Under the pieces are notes generated by a model. The model did not search any database and was not told the origin of the DNA. It saw nothing but the letters and a program-made list of their open reading frames with translations. The translations under genes and the position numbers were made by a program. From the NCBI GenBank assembly GCA_951406725.2, contig OX597827.1:63922001-63986000 (forward strand): a DNA stretch of 64,000 nucleotides, written 5' to 3'. Of the stretch, positions 26,536 to 39,130 are shown one piece after another. Within the stretch, counting starts at the first letter, position 1. The number at the start of each line of letters is the position of its first letter. Source of the stretch: Octopus vulgaris. Taxonomy: Eukaryota.

Positions 26536-26709
26536 AACCCTCCTTCTTTCCTTCTTTCCTGAGCATCCAATAATACTATATTTGTTCCACATCCTCGTGT
26601 TGTTGTGTTTTTTTGTGCTTTCTTGTTTGGATTAACTATCATCATCAGGCTTCCTGATGATTTCATTTGAATGAAACAGTTCTAGTCCTGTAGAAGCTCC
26701 TTCTATAAA

Positions 26710-26750
<41 letters not shown>

Positions 26751-26841
26751 TATTATATAATATTTTACTATAAAATTGGATTCAATCCTAAATCTGATTT
26801 TTCCCTGTAAATTTGGATTTATTCCCTAATATTTTATTATC

Positions 26842-26881
<40 letters not shown>

Positions 26882-26885
<4 letters not shown>

Positions 26886-27062
26886 GCTGTGTAGGAAGAA
26901 GTTTACTACCCAACCACATGGTTCCAGGTTCAGTTCCACTACGTGACACCTTGGGCATGTATCATCAACTATAGTCTTAGGTCGACTAAAGCCGTTTGAG
27001 TGGATTTGGCTGATGAAAACTGGAAGAAGTCCATCGTATATATATTTATATCTATCTATCTC

Positions 27063-27105
<43 letters not shown>

Positions 27106-27337
27106 TGTTGTGTCTGTGATTGTTCTCCACCACCACTTGACAACCAGTGTTGGTGGTGTCTTTACGTCCTGTAACTCAGCAGTTTGGCAAAAGACACTGA
27201 TAGAATAAGTACCAAGCTTTGAAAAAATAAAAAACAAAATTAATGAGTACCAGGGCCAATTTTTTTCAGTTAAAATTATTGCAGATGCTGCTCCAGCATG
27301 GCCACAGTCTGATGACTGAAACAAGTAAAGATAAAAG
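26882..27337 (+). mobile_element. SINE family A, diverged
   Basis: gtggctgtgt...caccttggg...gactgaaacaagtaaaga. Confidence 0.8.
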
Positions 27338-27432
27338 TTATATTATACCATGCACCCCCCCCCCCACACACACACACATCTACATGCATGCAAACACCGA
27401 TACCCCTTCCCCTCACATACACACATCACATA

Positions 27433-27655
27433 TCAGCAGGCGGGCCTGATAACAGTAATTACACAGGCTATTTATGATCCAACCCACATAATCCAAAGAA
27501 AAGCTTGTACATTACCTTTTCATTTACAAAGAAAATGAAACTAAATTTTTTCCTAGAACTCTGCATCTAATCCCTTCTCTCGAGAACTTCATTTGCTTTC
27601 AAGAAACCCACTTGTACAGAAGTAGCTTTATATTGCTAAAGATATCTGAGTTTAA
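27433..27655 (+). pseudogene. Promoter and exon 1 of paralog copy 2 (probable pseudogene)
   Basis: TCAGCAGGC 27433-27441; ISRE-type GAAAATGAAACT 27531-27542; GAS TTCCTAGAA 27550-27558; Inr-like TCATTT 27589-27594. The exon aligns with copies 1 and 3, but the donor position reads gatatc-TGAGT (GT lost). Confidence 0.55.
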
Positions 27656-27663
27656 CTTTTATA

Positions 27664-28096
27664 TACTCTTTACTCTCTTTTACTTGTTTCAGTCATTTGA
27701 CTGTGGCCATGCTGGAGCACCGCCTTTAGTCAAGCAACTCGACCCCGGGACTTATTCTTTGTAAGCCCAGTACTTATTCTATCGGTCTCTTTTGCCAAAC
27801 CGCTAAGTGACGGGGACATAAACACACCAGCACCGGTTGTCAAGCAATGCTAGGGGGACAAACACAGCCACACAAACACACCACACAAACACACACACGC
27901 GTATATATATATATATATATACATATATACGACGGGCTTCTTTCAGTTTCTGTCTACCAAATCCACTCACAAGGCCTTGGTCGGCCCAAGGCTATAGTAG
28001 AAGACACTTGCCCAAGGTGCCACGCAGTGGGACTGAACCCGGAACCATGTGGATGGTAAGCATGGTAAGCAAGCTACTTACCACACAGCCACTCCT
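27664..28096 (-). mobile_element. SINE family A
   Basis: Full-length reverse copy, inserted just after copy 2 exon 1. Confidence 0.88.
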
Positions 28097-28138
28097 TTTG
28101 TATATATATATATATATATATACAAAAATTTTTAAATA

Positions 28139-28310
28139 TAAGCATAATTATAATTAGGGTTCAGCAAAATTGCTTCATCACATACCAAAATAGAAATAGC
28201 AGTTAACTACGGGAGTTATCTTATGGTAGTCAAATAGTATTTATCTGTTATTTCTAAATTTCAGTATGTGGTGAAGCAATTTTGCTGAACCCTAATTATA
28301 ATTATGCTTA
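28139..28310. repeat. Inverted repeat (~47-bp arms)
   Basis: aagcataattataattagggttcagcaaaattgcttca.cacatac / gtatgtg.tgaagcaattttgctgaaccctaattataattatgctt. Confidence 0.85.
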
Positions 28311-28417
28311 TAATTATAGAATTTATGTATGTATAAGTTTACCGATAATAGTTCTTTTAACATAACAAACTACTTGGTAGAATTATTAATTATAAATTGA
28401 TTAATTAATTTTACCCT

Positions 28418-28493
<76 letters not shown>

Positions 28494-29132
28494 TCCCATA
28501 TTTAACTCACTTCTTTTATTCAATTATTTCTCAAATTTTTTTTTTAGTCCTGCACAGTAAAACCACAATAATTAAGATTTAGTATCACATCTTATTCATA
28601 ATCAACCTATGACTTCATTTGCTTCCACCAGACCCAGTTATGCAGAGTAAGTTTCTTTATTTGTATATATTCTCCAATATTTTATTATCAAAATTTAACA
28701 CGCAATTAACTAATTCATTGGCAGAGGTAAAGAACATGTACACCACTTGTTTTCAGCGTAACAAAAACCCTAACCGTAATCCTAACCCTAAACCTAAACC
28801 CTAACCACCGGGTGTATGTATTCTTTACTTTCGTCAATCCATTTACTCAATCGTATTCAGGTTTTTTTCTTAGCCCTGCACAGTAAGACTCCTATAATTA
28901 AGTTTTAATATAATGTCTTTTACATTATCAATCTGTGTACATGCTGGCAGAGTTTCAGATCAGGATACCTACATAAGTTAGATTTTCGGGGTTTAATTAA
29001 TTTGTTCTTGATCATGTTCTCGGAAATTATGTGAGAAATTTACACTATCTTGCAAGTCTTTGGGGTGCAGTGGGGTACTCACTTATTTTTCACTAATAAT
29101 TACTTCAAAAACTAGACAGTAATAAATCAACT

Positions 29133-29340
29133 TTAACTCTTTAGCATTTAAACCTGCTATATCCAGCCCAAAATATTCTCTCTGTCTTACATGTAAAATT
29201 ACTAGACCCAGCCTCTCACACCTACCATACAGCGTCAGTCTAAAAATATCAAAAATACAAGATAATAATTGATTAATTCAAAGCAATGTGAATAAATAAG
29301 CATTACATTTGAGTGAGTAATTTGAATGCTAAAGGGTTAG
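29133..29340. mobile_element. piggyBac-like MITE
   Basis: Imperfect TIRs ttaactctttagcattta / tgaatgctaaagggttag. Confidence 0.6.
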
Positions 29341-29726
29341 ATAGAGGCTGATTCAAGTATAGAATGAAGCCAGTTGTTTTGTCACGAAATACACAGGGTA
29401 ATTTAGATCCTTCACAGAAACAAAGAAACAGTTGATACATACTGAAATAGTCTTTACCACTTTATTATCTCTTAATGGTTAATTTTATTATTGTTATATT
29501 TCAGGGATGGTCCTTTCCCCTCCGCCCCCAGATAATCACACACACAATGTACTTGTTTTTTACTTTATTATTGTTATTTTAGTGTCCTTTGTGTCTGAAA
29601 TCTTTTCTCACACTTCCTGTGACTTCACCAATGACTCTCCTTTCCATGTGTCTCCTTCTGTTCTGTTTAATCCATTCTGTCTTTATGTGATGTATATCCT
29701 TATATGTACATGTGTTTGTATTTGAT

Positions 29727-30315
29727 GTAAATCGTAATGGCGACTAAGAAGAAGAAGAAGAAGAAGAAAAAGAAGAAGACGAATGGCGGAAAAGATGGAA
29801 ATTGAAGGATTGAAGGATTAAAGGGTTAAATTTCGTAGAGAAAAGATAGGAAAAACGAAGCAGTTATTGTATGAGTACAGACGTTTAACAATAGTAACGA
29901 ATGAGGTACGAAAGATAATGGGATAAAATGTTTTTGCAACTTGCTGCGAAGTATGAAAGCCGGAAGCCGCTGTTGGAGAAGAAAGGAAGTCTAAAAATTG
30001 GGAACCGTAAATCGTAATGGCGACTAAGAAGAAGAAGAAGAAGAAGAAAAGAAGAAGACGAATGGCGGAAAAGATGGAATTGAAGGATTGAAGGATTAAA
30101 GGGTTAAATTTCGTAGAGAAAAAGATAGGAAAAACGAAGCAGTTATTGTATGAGTACAGACGTTTAACAATAGTAACGAATGAGGTACGAAAGATAATGG
30201 GATAAAATGTTTTTGAGGAAAAACGAAGCAGTTATTGTATGAGTACAGACGTTTAACAATAGTAACGAATGAGGTACGAAAGATAATGGGATAAAATGTT
30301 TTTGCAACTTGCTGC
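29727..30315 (+). repeat. Isolated patch (~2 monomers, one rearranged) of the 277-bp satellite
   Basis: Near-identical to monomers at 55-64 kb; internal partial duplication around 30215. Confidence 0.9.
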
Positions 30316-30874
30316 ATATATATGTGTGCACGTGTGTGTGTGTGTGTGTCTGTACTTGAGGAGGTGTGTGTGTGTGTGTGTGTATATGTATATGTATATA
30401 TATATATGTATATGTATATATATATATATGTATATGTATATATATATATGTATATGTATATATATATATGTATATGTATATACCTGAGGATATTTTATAT
30501 GGCATATTTTATATATATATATATATATATATGTATATGTATATATATAGCATATTTTACACCTTGGATTTATGATAATGATTAAGCATAGATGTGGCTA
30601 TGTGGTAGGGAGTTTATCTCCCAACCACATGATTCTGGGTTCAGTCCAACTGTATGACACTTTGGGAAAGTGTCTTATACTATTGTCGCTAGCCTTCTGA
30701 TTAGACATCATATATAAGAAACTTATATACATACATACATACATACATATATATATAGTCTGTGATTATTATGTGTGTGTATATATATATATATATGTGT
30801 GTGTGTATATGTGTGTGTATGTGTGTGTGTGTGTGTGTATGTGTGTGATATATATATGTATATATATATATATA

Positions 30875-30924
<50 letters not shown>

Positions 30925-32159
30925 GTGTGTGTGTGTGTAAATAGAACAAAAATGCAATAGAGGGCATTAAAATGTTCGGACAGATAGATGATACAAAGGC
31001 AGACAAGGGAAATAACAATTAGAAGGACAGGCAAAAAAAGATGGGTCCTTCTTGGCTTTCTTTCATCAGTCAAGTCCCAGAAGTCACGACCATTTCGAGT
31101 AGCTACACTTGAGATGGTTCGATCTGGTTGCCCACCAAAAATTCTAGAGACCATTAGACCCCTTTGTAAGAAAGCTAGCAAATGTGTATGGCAACAAAGA
31201 CAAAAAAAAAACAAATAAACAAAAAAAAAAACAGAGAACATGGTACACAATTACGAATACAAACAACAAGAAATAACAACAGGCATCTTTTGATTGAAAA
31301 CAAATCAAATTAAGGGGGCATATACGAAGTGAAAGCCTAAAGGCAGGAACATGAGAGATGGACACAAGAGGTGTTGATGTCAGCAGTCAGGCCAAGAAAG
31401 AAAGATCATGGCAGGCTGGACACCCAGAAGGAGGAGAGATGGGTAGGGGACAGCGGGATTGAAGGATTAGAAAAAATATATACATATACATATACATATA
31501 TATATATATATATATATTCATGCTTATTTGTTCATTTCACTCTTTGTTCTTTTGTTCCCCCTCTCTCACATTTCTTTGCCTTCTCTTCTTGCTCACTTTC
31601 CCTCCACTTTTCACTGTGTCCCTGTCATTTTTTTCTTGCCCAGCTTTAATTCTTCTGTTCTTCTGCTTCTACTTCTCTCTCTCTCTCTTCTCTTCCCACA
31701 TCACCGGCGTTCGGCCAAGCCTGTTCTTTCTTTCTTGGTCTGGCCGTTGTCCGTGCAACATCGATATTCCTCCCTGTGTTTGTGAAATCTTCTATCCCTG
31801 CTGTAAGGCTTCATTTCCACATATGCCAGATTAATTTAAATCATCCTTAGTCGAAAGACACCTGTTGTTATGTCCTGTTATTATTTTTAAGGTATTTGTG
31901 TAACGTCCGTTTTTTCCGTTCTTGTTTTTGTATACATTAGCTGCCTTCTTCCAAAGAATCTAATGCTCTTAGCTTAGTTTTTCCTTGGGGCTGGCCAGAT
32001 TGGAGCAATCTCAAGTATAATCAACCGAAATTGTGAAGATAATCTGGTACTTGACTGAGGAAAGAAAACTTTGAATGACCCATCCTTGTTTTCTTTGTAT
32101 CGTCTATCTGGATGTTTTGTTGTCCCATTTTGTATTATATATATATATATGCACACATG

Positions 32160-32201
<42 letters not shown>

Positions 32202-32329
32202 TATATATATATATATATATACACACACCCACTCACAGTATATACATATATATATATTCATATATATACACACAGGTGATCTAAATAATTAGGTACACTA
32301 GGTAAGTGCTGTAACAGATTACTATGACT

Positions 32330-32882
32330 CCAAGTTTATAGCTGAGAGGGTAGTTATGGAGCCATTGCAGATTTCCAGTGCAGCGGATATATGACTAAAG
32401 AGGACAACAAACATTAAGACAAGGCAAATATCTCAAGTCGTATTCTGTGACAGACACCTTCATCTAGTAGATGATGCCATTAGGGAGTACGAAGAGGTGT
32501 CAGGGGCATAAATAAACTGTGGTAAGTCGGTCAGCTTGCAACTTGGTACCTAGAGAGGCAAGTTGATGCCATCTAACAATGTCTGTAGGACGTTGGACAG
32601 ATGGCCTAGTGAAATTGCATGGAGTCTGGTTTCGCCTGGACCTCCAGATAGACAGAAACTGAGGTGAGGTTATGAGCAGGGTGGCCAATCTCACTCTGAA
32701 ATGGGCTGAGAGGAAGCTGTCCCTGAAAGAGAAGGCAGAGGTTAGTGAATGTGTTTATTGCATCCATCACCATCTACTGCCTAGCTCTTATGCTTTGCTG
32801 AGATTTGTGTCTCATCAAGCTGGAGTGGCTGCTTTTCCACTTTTTGTAGAAAGACAGAAGTCCACTGGTCAGACACCCTATA

Positions 32883-32973
<91 letters not shown>

Positions 32974-34060
32974 GCACAGACATGCGCTAAGGCTAAGACA
33001 TATCCAGATTTACCTAAACAGTAAACAGGTGTGGTCACTCTTCGTGAAACTAGTCTTCCCACAGTTCAACTCATTTAATGAACTGAACTCATGGATCAAA
33101 CGTAGACCTAGGTTGGATGCTTGGCAAGCTGAGTGGCATCTGGCTCTCTTGCTTCTCTGCCGAATGGGCAATGCGAGCAGTGGGGACTCCACCTCATCCT
33201 TTTATAGAGGGTTGGTGGATGGTAAGTGCGACGATGTCCTGGGAGAGACTCTAGGTTTTGATGACAGTCAACTCACCAGTCTGATCTGGAGGACTTTTGG
33301 GCCAGGGCCCATGAATAACTACTTGAAATCCCTGGCCTGGCAGTGCTACTGAAGAGCTCTGCCTGTTCACAATAAACTCTTCGGGCACAGATGTGCAGAC
33401 ATGTGGACATGTCTGAGATGCAAACAGAGCAACGAAACTGTTCTGCATGCTACCGTACAGTGTCCAGTGATTTCAGATCTATGGGTTTATGTAGAACACC
33501 TGTCACATCTGGAAGGAGCACAGTTGTCAGCTGAGTCCATCATCAAGATTGTCCCACATCAAGATTGGCCAGGAAAGGTAGGCAACTTTTCTCTGCTTGG
33601 TGGCTATAGTGAAAGAGTTTCTGTGTTTGACGAGAGTGAAAAGAATTAAGAAGGGCAACTTTCTCACTGGTCAGGGTTTAACCCTTTCATTACCAACCCA
33701 GCTGAAACCGGCTCTGGATCTGTAGTACAAATGTCTTGTTTTCATAAGCTTTGAATTAAAATCTTTCACCAAACCTTAGTCACAATTAATGTTCCTAACA
33801 CTAGATTAATGATAACTCAGTTATTTTACTAAATTCATTGTTGTATTTAAAATAATTGAGAGAAAAACAGAGTATCTCAAAATAAATACAGTAATGAAAG
33901 GGTTAATAAACTATTTTACAACTATTTTACATACCACCTGCAAAGAAAAATAAGCTCCAGAGAGAAAGTTGTTAGCGCCATGTGTGTTCAGGACTAGATG
34001 GATGCAAGTGGCGCGATCATTGAGCATGAATGTGGCCAATTTGAGCATACTACCATAGTC
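32330..34060 (+). pseudogene. L1/Tx1-clade LINE ORF2 C-terminal remnant
   Basis: Degenerate IREYEEVSGA*INCGKS, WAERKLSLKEKA and C-terminal CCHC finger TCLRCKQSNETVLHATVQCPVISDLW; interrupted by (TA)n and a MITE. Confidence 0.8.
33678..33906. mobile_element. piggyBac-like MITE nested in the Tx1 remnant
   Basis: Perfect inverted termini TTAA-ccctttcattac / gtaatgaaaggg-TTAA (TTAA target site, CCC terminus). Confidence 0.85.
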
Positions 34061-34350
34061 TTCTGTATGAGAGCAGTGCTGGTTCGTGGCTTGTGGAGTC
34101 TCCATGCTTAACATTTCATCTTGTCTCATCATTATACCATGTCTAATTTTTATCTTGTTATTTCTTTTTGTTCTTCCATTCACACATTCAACCCTGTTGT
34201 AGACCCCTAACTGTTCTTGTTTGTCATGTATTGTCCCTCTATGTGAGCTTTAGTGGCTAATACAGAATTAAATTTTAAAAGCTTCAATTTTTCTTCTCTC
34301 TCTCACTCTCTTTTCTCTGTTTTCTTTCTTTATTCTTTTTCTTTTTACAA

Positions 34351-34520
34351 ATCCAATAGCAACTAACAACAGCATATCATATCTTTACCATACCATTGTA
34401 TCAACAACAGCAGAAGTTTTAAAATTTAGGTCAGAAATAAAGAGAAAAATAAAATCCTTCCTTGATTGCCTTACAAACGACTTTCCTTTATGAAATGTTC
34501 AGTTGACTGTAATATATTTG
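34351..34520 (+). pseudogene. Paralog of the 20276 exon (copy 2) with dead acceptor
   Basis: Aligns to 20221-20436, including the upstream aattttaaaa.g.ttca and pyrimidine tract, but the acceptor reads tacAA instead of tacAG. Confidence 0.55.
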
Positions 34521-35006
34521 TTATGGGTAAGGCAATGACTAGGCAGAATTTTTTTTTCTTTTCTACTCTAGGCACAAGGCCCGACATTTTTGGTGGAGGG
34601 AACCAGTCAATTAGATCGACCCCAGTATGCAACTGGTATTTAATTTATTGACCCCGAAAAGATGAAAGGCAAAGTCGACCTTGGTGGAATTTGAACTCAG
34701 AACGTAAAGACAGACGAAATATCGCTAAGCATTTTGCCCTGCATGCTGACATTTCTGCTAGAATTTTTACTGCACTGGAAGAAATGCTTTATCAACTTTA
34801 TCTTCTATCCTCTCAGGATAGAAGATAAAGTTGAACCCCTGTTGAACACTGGGGTTGATTTGAACAACTTACCCCCACCCCTGAAATTGCTAGCCTGTGC
34901 CAAAGTTTGAAACCATTGTATTTGCCTAGGGTTGCGTCATACTGAATGTTTCAAACATAGATATACCTAATTATTAATGGTTAAAATGCATCTTTTTTTT
35001 TTTTCC

Positions 35007-35181
35007 TTTTTACTTGTTTCAGTCATTAATCGAGCAACTCGACCTCGGGACTTATTCTTTGTAAGCCCAGTACTAATTCTATCGGTCTCTTTGGCCGAAC
35101 CGCTAAGTGACAGGGATGTAAACACACCAGCATCGGTTGTCAAGCAATGCTAGGGGGACAAACACAGACACACAAACATAT

Positions 35182-35218
<37 letters not shown>

Positions 35219-35377
35219 ACAGGCTTCTTTCAGTTTCCGTCTACCAAATCCACTCACAAGGCTTTGGTCGGCCTGAGGCTATAGTAGAAGACACTTGCCC
35301 AAGGTGCCACGCAGTGGGACTGAACCCGGAACCATGTGGTTGGTAAACAAGCTACTTACCACACAGTCACTCCTGCG
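35007..35377 (-). mobile_element. SINE family A
   Basis: Reverse copy with a small internal deletion. Confidence 0.85.
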
Positions 35378-36114
35378 CATGTTTAATATTTTTATAATGA
35401 AAAAAGAAAAATCAATAAGTTAAACATAATCTGTGTATTTTCTTTGTTTCTGTTAAATTTAAATTTCAGATTTCTCACACAATGATTTAAAATCTATCTA
35501 GTCGTGATTCTGGTAATAGGGCCCTAGACTGAGTGCTGTCAGCTGTTGATGTGTGTGGAATTACTTCTTAGCCAGTATTGTCCCAAGGTCTATTCTCATC
35601 CAGAGTATAGCACCTACGGGGGTTATAGATCTAGATTAAATAGCACGTAAGGGCATCCAGCCGTAGAAACATTGCTAGATCAGACTGGGCCTGGTGCAGC
35701 CTTCTGGCTTCCCAGACCCCAGTTGAACCGTCCAATCCATGCTAGCATGGAAAGCGAACGCTAAACGATGATGATGATGTAACCACCCAAGCAATAGTTA
35801 CATTGAAATCATGGGATGCAGCATGGTGGATGTTGAGTATTCCAGGAGATGAGCTTGTTGAGTCAATGGTGAATATCACTAGATGCTGAGCGGATGGACA
35901 GAAAACTGTCAATCGTGTTCGTAAAATTTCAATTTCTAACGGCCTTGGCCTTCAAACAATTGCGATAACATAATGAAATTTCAGTTGCCGAACTAGTTCT
36001 CAACTGCACAGATATTACAGCTAGCGACAGACTAACTTGAAAACTCTCTCTCTCAATCTCCCCCCCCCCCGTCTCTCTCTCTCTCTCTTTCTCTGACACA
36101 TAGGCTCACAGCTA

Positions 36115-36247
36115 TCAGCAGGCACGCCGAGCAACCATGAAAAAAAATCTTATTTCCATGAATAGCGTGTGTTTCCCAGAAATTTGCAGAAAGTGAAAGT
36201 ACTTCATTATCGCTTATTATAAAATCTCTTTATACAAAACTTCATTC
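36115..36247 (+). promoter_or_regulatory. Putative GAS-GAS-ISRE-TATA-Inr promoter of paralog copy 3
   Basis: TCAGCAGGC 36115-36123; TTCCATGAA 36154-36162; TTCCCAGAA 36173-36181; GAAAGTGAAAGT 36189-36200; TATAAAA 36218-36224; TCATTC (TCAKTY Inr) 36242-36247. Confidence 0.65.
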
Positions 36248-36306
36248 GCTTCGGAAAGGTCCAGTCATACATATAGCAGCAACTGTGTATCACAAAAGAT
36301 ATCGAA
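36244..36306 (+). other. Putative non-coding exon 1 of paralog copy 3
   Basis: Runs from the Inr to a consensus donor GTAAGT at 36307-36312; the intron start ctgtttaattgt matches copy 1 (ttgtttaattgt). Confidence 0.6.
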
Positions 36307-37423
36307 GTAAGTCTGTTTAATTGTTAATATTATCACATATTTATATGAAACTTTAACGCACAATTGATTATTTTATTCAACTCTATTCATAAGGCACCCT
36401 AAAATCAAGTCTTAATATCACATCATTAAATGATCTATGTACCTATGTTTATGTTAACCCTGCTGTATTTCTTTAAACTTGTAGGGTTGATTAGAGGGAG
36501 CTTTCACTTGTTTCTAACAGCTCTAGCGACTGCTAATTGGCAATCTTTCGTCTCTAGTAGACCTTTCCGTCGATTTCCGTAAAAAAATTTTTTTTTACAT
36601 ATGGGCTTGCGAGAACTTTTGAAGTAATGAGAGCGAAAGAGACTAAGAGAAAGCGATTGTATGACGAGGGAAGTTCTTTTGAAGTTACCGTGCATGTGAA
36701 GCATTGATGTAGATGTGTGTGTGTGCGTGTGTGTTTGATGGGGTGTGGGAGACAGACAGTATGTTGTGTAAGTGAAGTGCTTCTGTTAGTGTGTGTGAAG
36801 AGACAGAGTAATGTGTATAGGGGATCTGGCGATGTTTCGTTATATATACATGTTTGTGTGTGTTTCCCCTATACCGCTTGATAACAGGTGTTGGTGTGTT
36901 TATGTACGCGTAACTTAGTAAAAGAAAAAAAGAAAATTAAGCACCGAGGCCGATTCGACTAAAAATTCTTCCAGACGGTGCTCCAGAATGGCTGCTGTCT
37001 CATGACTGAAACAAATAAAAGAGAAAAAAAATAAAGATGTATGTAGGTACGGCAGACGAAATATATTGAAAGAAAGAAAACAACCAACACCCTTCCTTCC
37101 CAATTCTACGGCATTGGCCTTCAAGCAGGCTATCCACATGCTAGAAATAACAGCCATCTACAAACACACGATGTTTTGAGTTGGTCAAACGATTCTCTTT
37201 AATTTCACTTTGTCACAGTATTTCTTTGCTATTTTTACTTTTTTTTTTTTCAAAAGAGTTTACTGTTGTTTCTGCACTCATACTTTTTATAACTTTCAAC
37301 TCCCCCCCCCCCCAAAAAAAAAGAAAGAAATGTACACATTCACATGAATTACTCTGTCATATTACTGCGGAAAATTACTCAGAATTATGTTATCGCAGTT
37401 GTTTGAAATTTGGCTGTTATTTT

Positions 37424-38130
37424 AGTATTATTTGATACTTTCACCCGCATGATTTTCACTAAGAAAAAAAAAAAAAAATTCCCAGGATCAACCGTAGAGG
37501 ATCATGGAAAAAAATATGTGTAACATGTGTAAGGCATCGTATATTGAAGGAATATGACGAAAAAAAAGCGCGCTGACAAACGGGGGGGGGGGCTCGGAAA
37601 ACTGCCTACGATTTAAAGAAAAATTTACCATCAATTTTCACCATTTTAAACGCATTTCACACACATAGCCCAATGTCATAATTCAAAACTAACGCAGCGA
37701 AAATTTTGAAAAGTTCCCCCAGTTCTGAAAAAATCGATAAATTCGACATGGGGTCGCGAATCAGAAACACAATGGTGAAAATTGATGGTAAATTTTTCTT
37801 TAAATCGTAGGCAATTTTCCGAGCCCCCTCCCCCCCGTTTGTCAGCACGCTTTTTTTCGTCATATTCCTTCAATATACGATGCCTTACACCTGTTACACA
37901 TATTTTTTTCCATTTTTGCCTCTACGGTTGATCCTGGGAATTTCCCGAGCCCCCCACCCCCCACCCCCCGTTTGTCAGCGCGCTTTTTTCCCGTCTTATT
38001 CCGTCAATATACGATGCCTTACAACTGTTACACATTTTCGTTTCCATTTTTCCCACCGGGTGCGGATCTAGATATTAACCAAACAATTTAATCGAGGTCA
38101 AGGTACTTGATTCCAAGCAAAAAATCCGAG

Positions 38131-38190
<60 letters not shown>

Positions 38191-38232
38191 TCTTAGTGAA
38201 AATCGTGCGGGTGAAAGTATCAAATAATACTA
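37424..38232. repeat. Nested foldback (outer ~45-bp and inner ~165-bp inverted arms), partly Helitron-derived
   Basis: tagtattatttgatactttcacccgca.gattttcactaagaa is inverted at ~38190-38232; ~37480-37645 is inverted at ~37771-37941. The interior shares ctacgatttaaa.aaaaatttaccatca with the Helitron at 40625. Confidence 0.85.
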
Positions 38233-39130
38233 TCTTTTCAAATAAACTTTTCGGTGGACGTGACGTCAGCGATAGGCAGCCCACATAAATTAAAATTCTC
38301 CGCTTTGACGGGGTTGGGATTGGGGTTTAAGATTTTTTTTCTTTAAGGAGGTGTCCTTGGGAATGATCTGGAGCATCCTTTTAACAAAAAAAAAATGTTT
38401 TCGAAAAATGATTTTTAAAACTCTGCCCGGCCCTCATCATCTTCTCTCTGGACCGATTTTGGTCGATTTTGTGGGCACTATGTACTTAAAAACTATAAGA
38501 GAAGCCTTTTCATTTAAAAAAAAAAAAGCAAATATTTTCAGACGAAAAGGTGTGATTAAAGAGAGATTTGGCTGTTGTTTCTAGTATATCCCATGACCAC
38601 TTCCTCATTTCTTTCTCACCTATTGGTGTCTTTTTCAGTATTTTCTTCCCATTAATAGCATAAATTCATTAATGCTATTAAATTATTTTTGACAATTTAT
38701 GATTTTAATCAAGTCTCCCATGGGGCATGCTAGAAACAACAGCCAAATCTCCCTTAAATCACACTTATCGTCTGAAAATACTTATGTTTTTTGTTGTTGT
38801 TTTTACCGGAAATACTTCTACAGGTTTTAAGTGCGTAGTTTCCAAAAAATTCATCGTGAATAGTGCCCACAAAATAAAAAAAAAACTGTTCCGTGAGGGG
38901 AAGATGGAGTTTTTAAAAAATCATTTTTCGAAAAAGTGGATCTTTTCCTTTTGAACAGCGCTTTTCAACACAATTTCTAATTAACTAAACACTTTGAAAC
39001 TTCGTATACTGGTAGAATGTGTCAAAAGAAAACATTTTTTTCTCTTGGCTTTCTTGGGAAAATTGTAATTTGTTTGTTTAATGTAGTTTAATTTTTCGAA
39101 TTTTAACCAATCCTATGCCCTCTATTTAGC

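Noticed and set aside
29496-29725. Acceptor atatttcAG followed by ATG as the missing coding exon of copy 2
   Set aside because: No similarity to the copy 1 or copy 3 exons; the following pyrimidine-rich sequence looks like a LINE 3' UTR.
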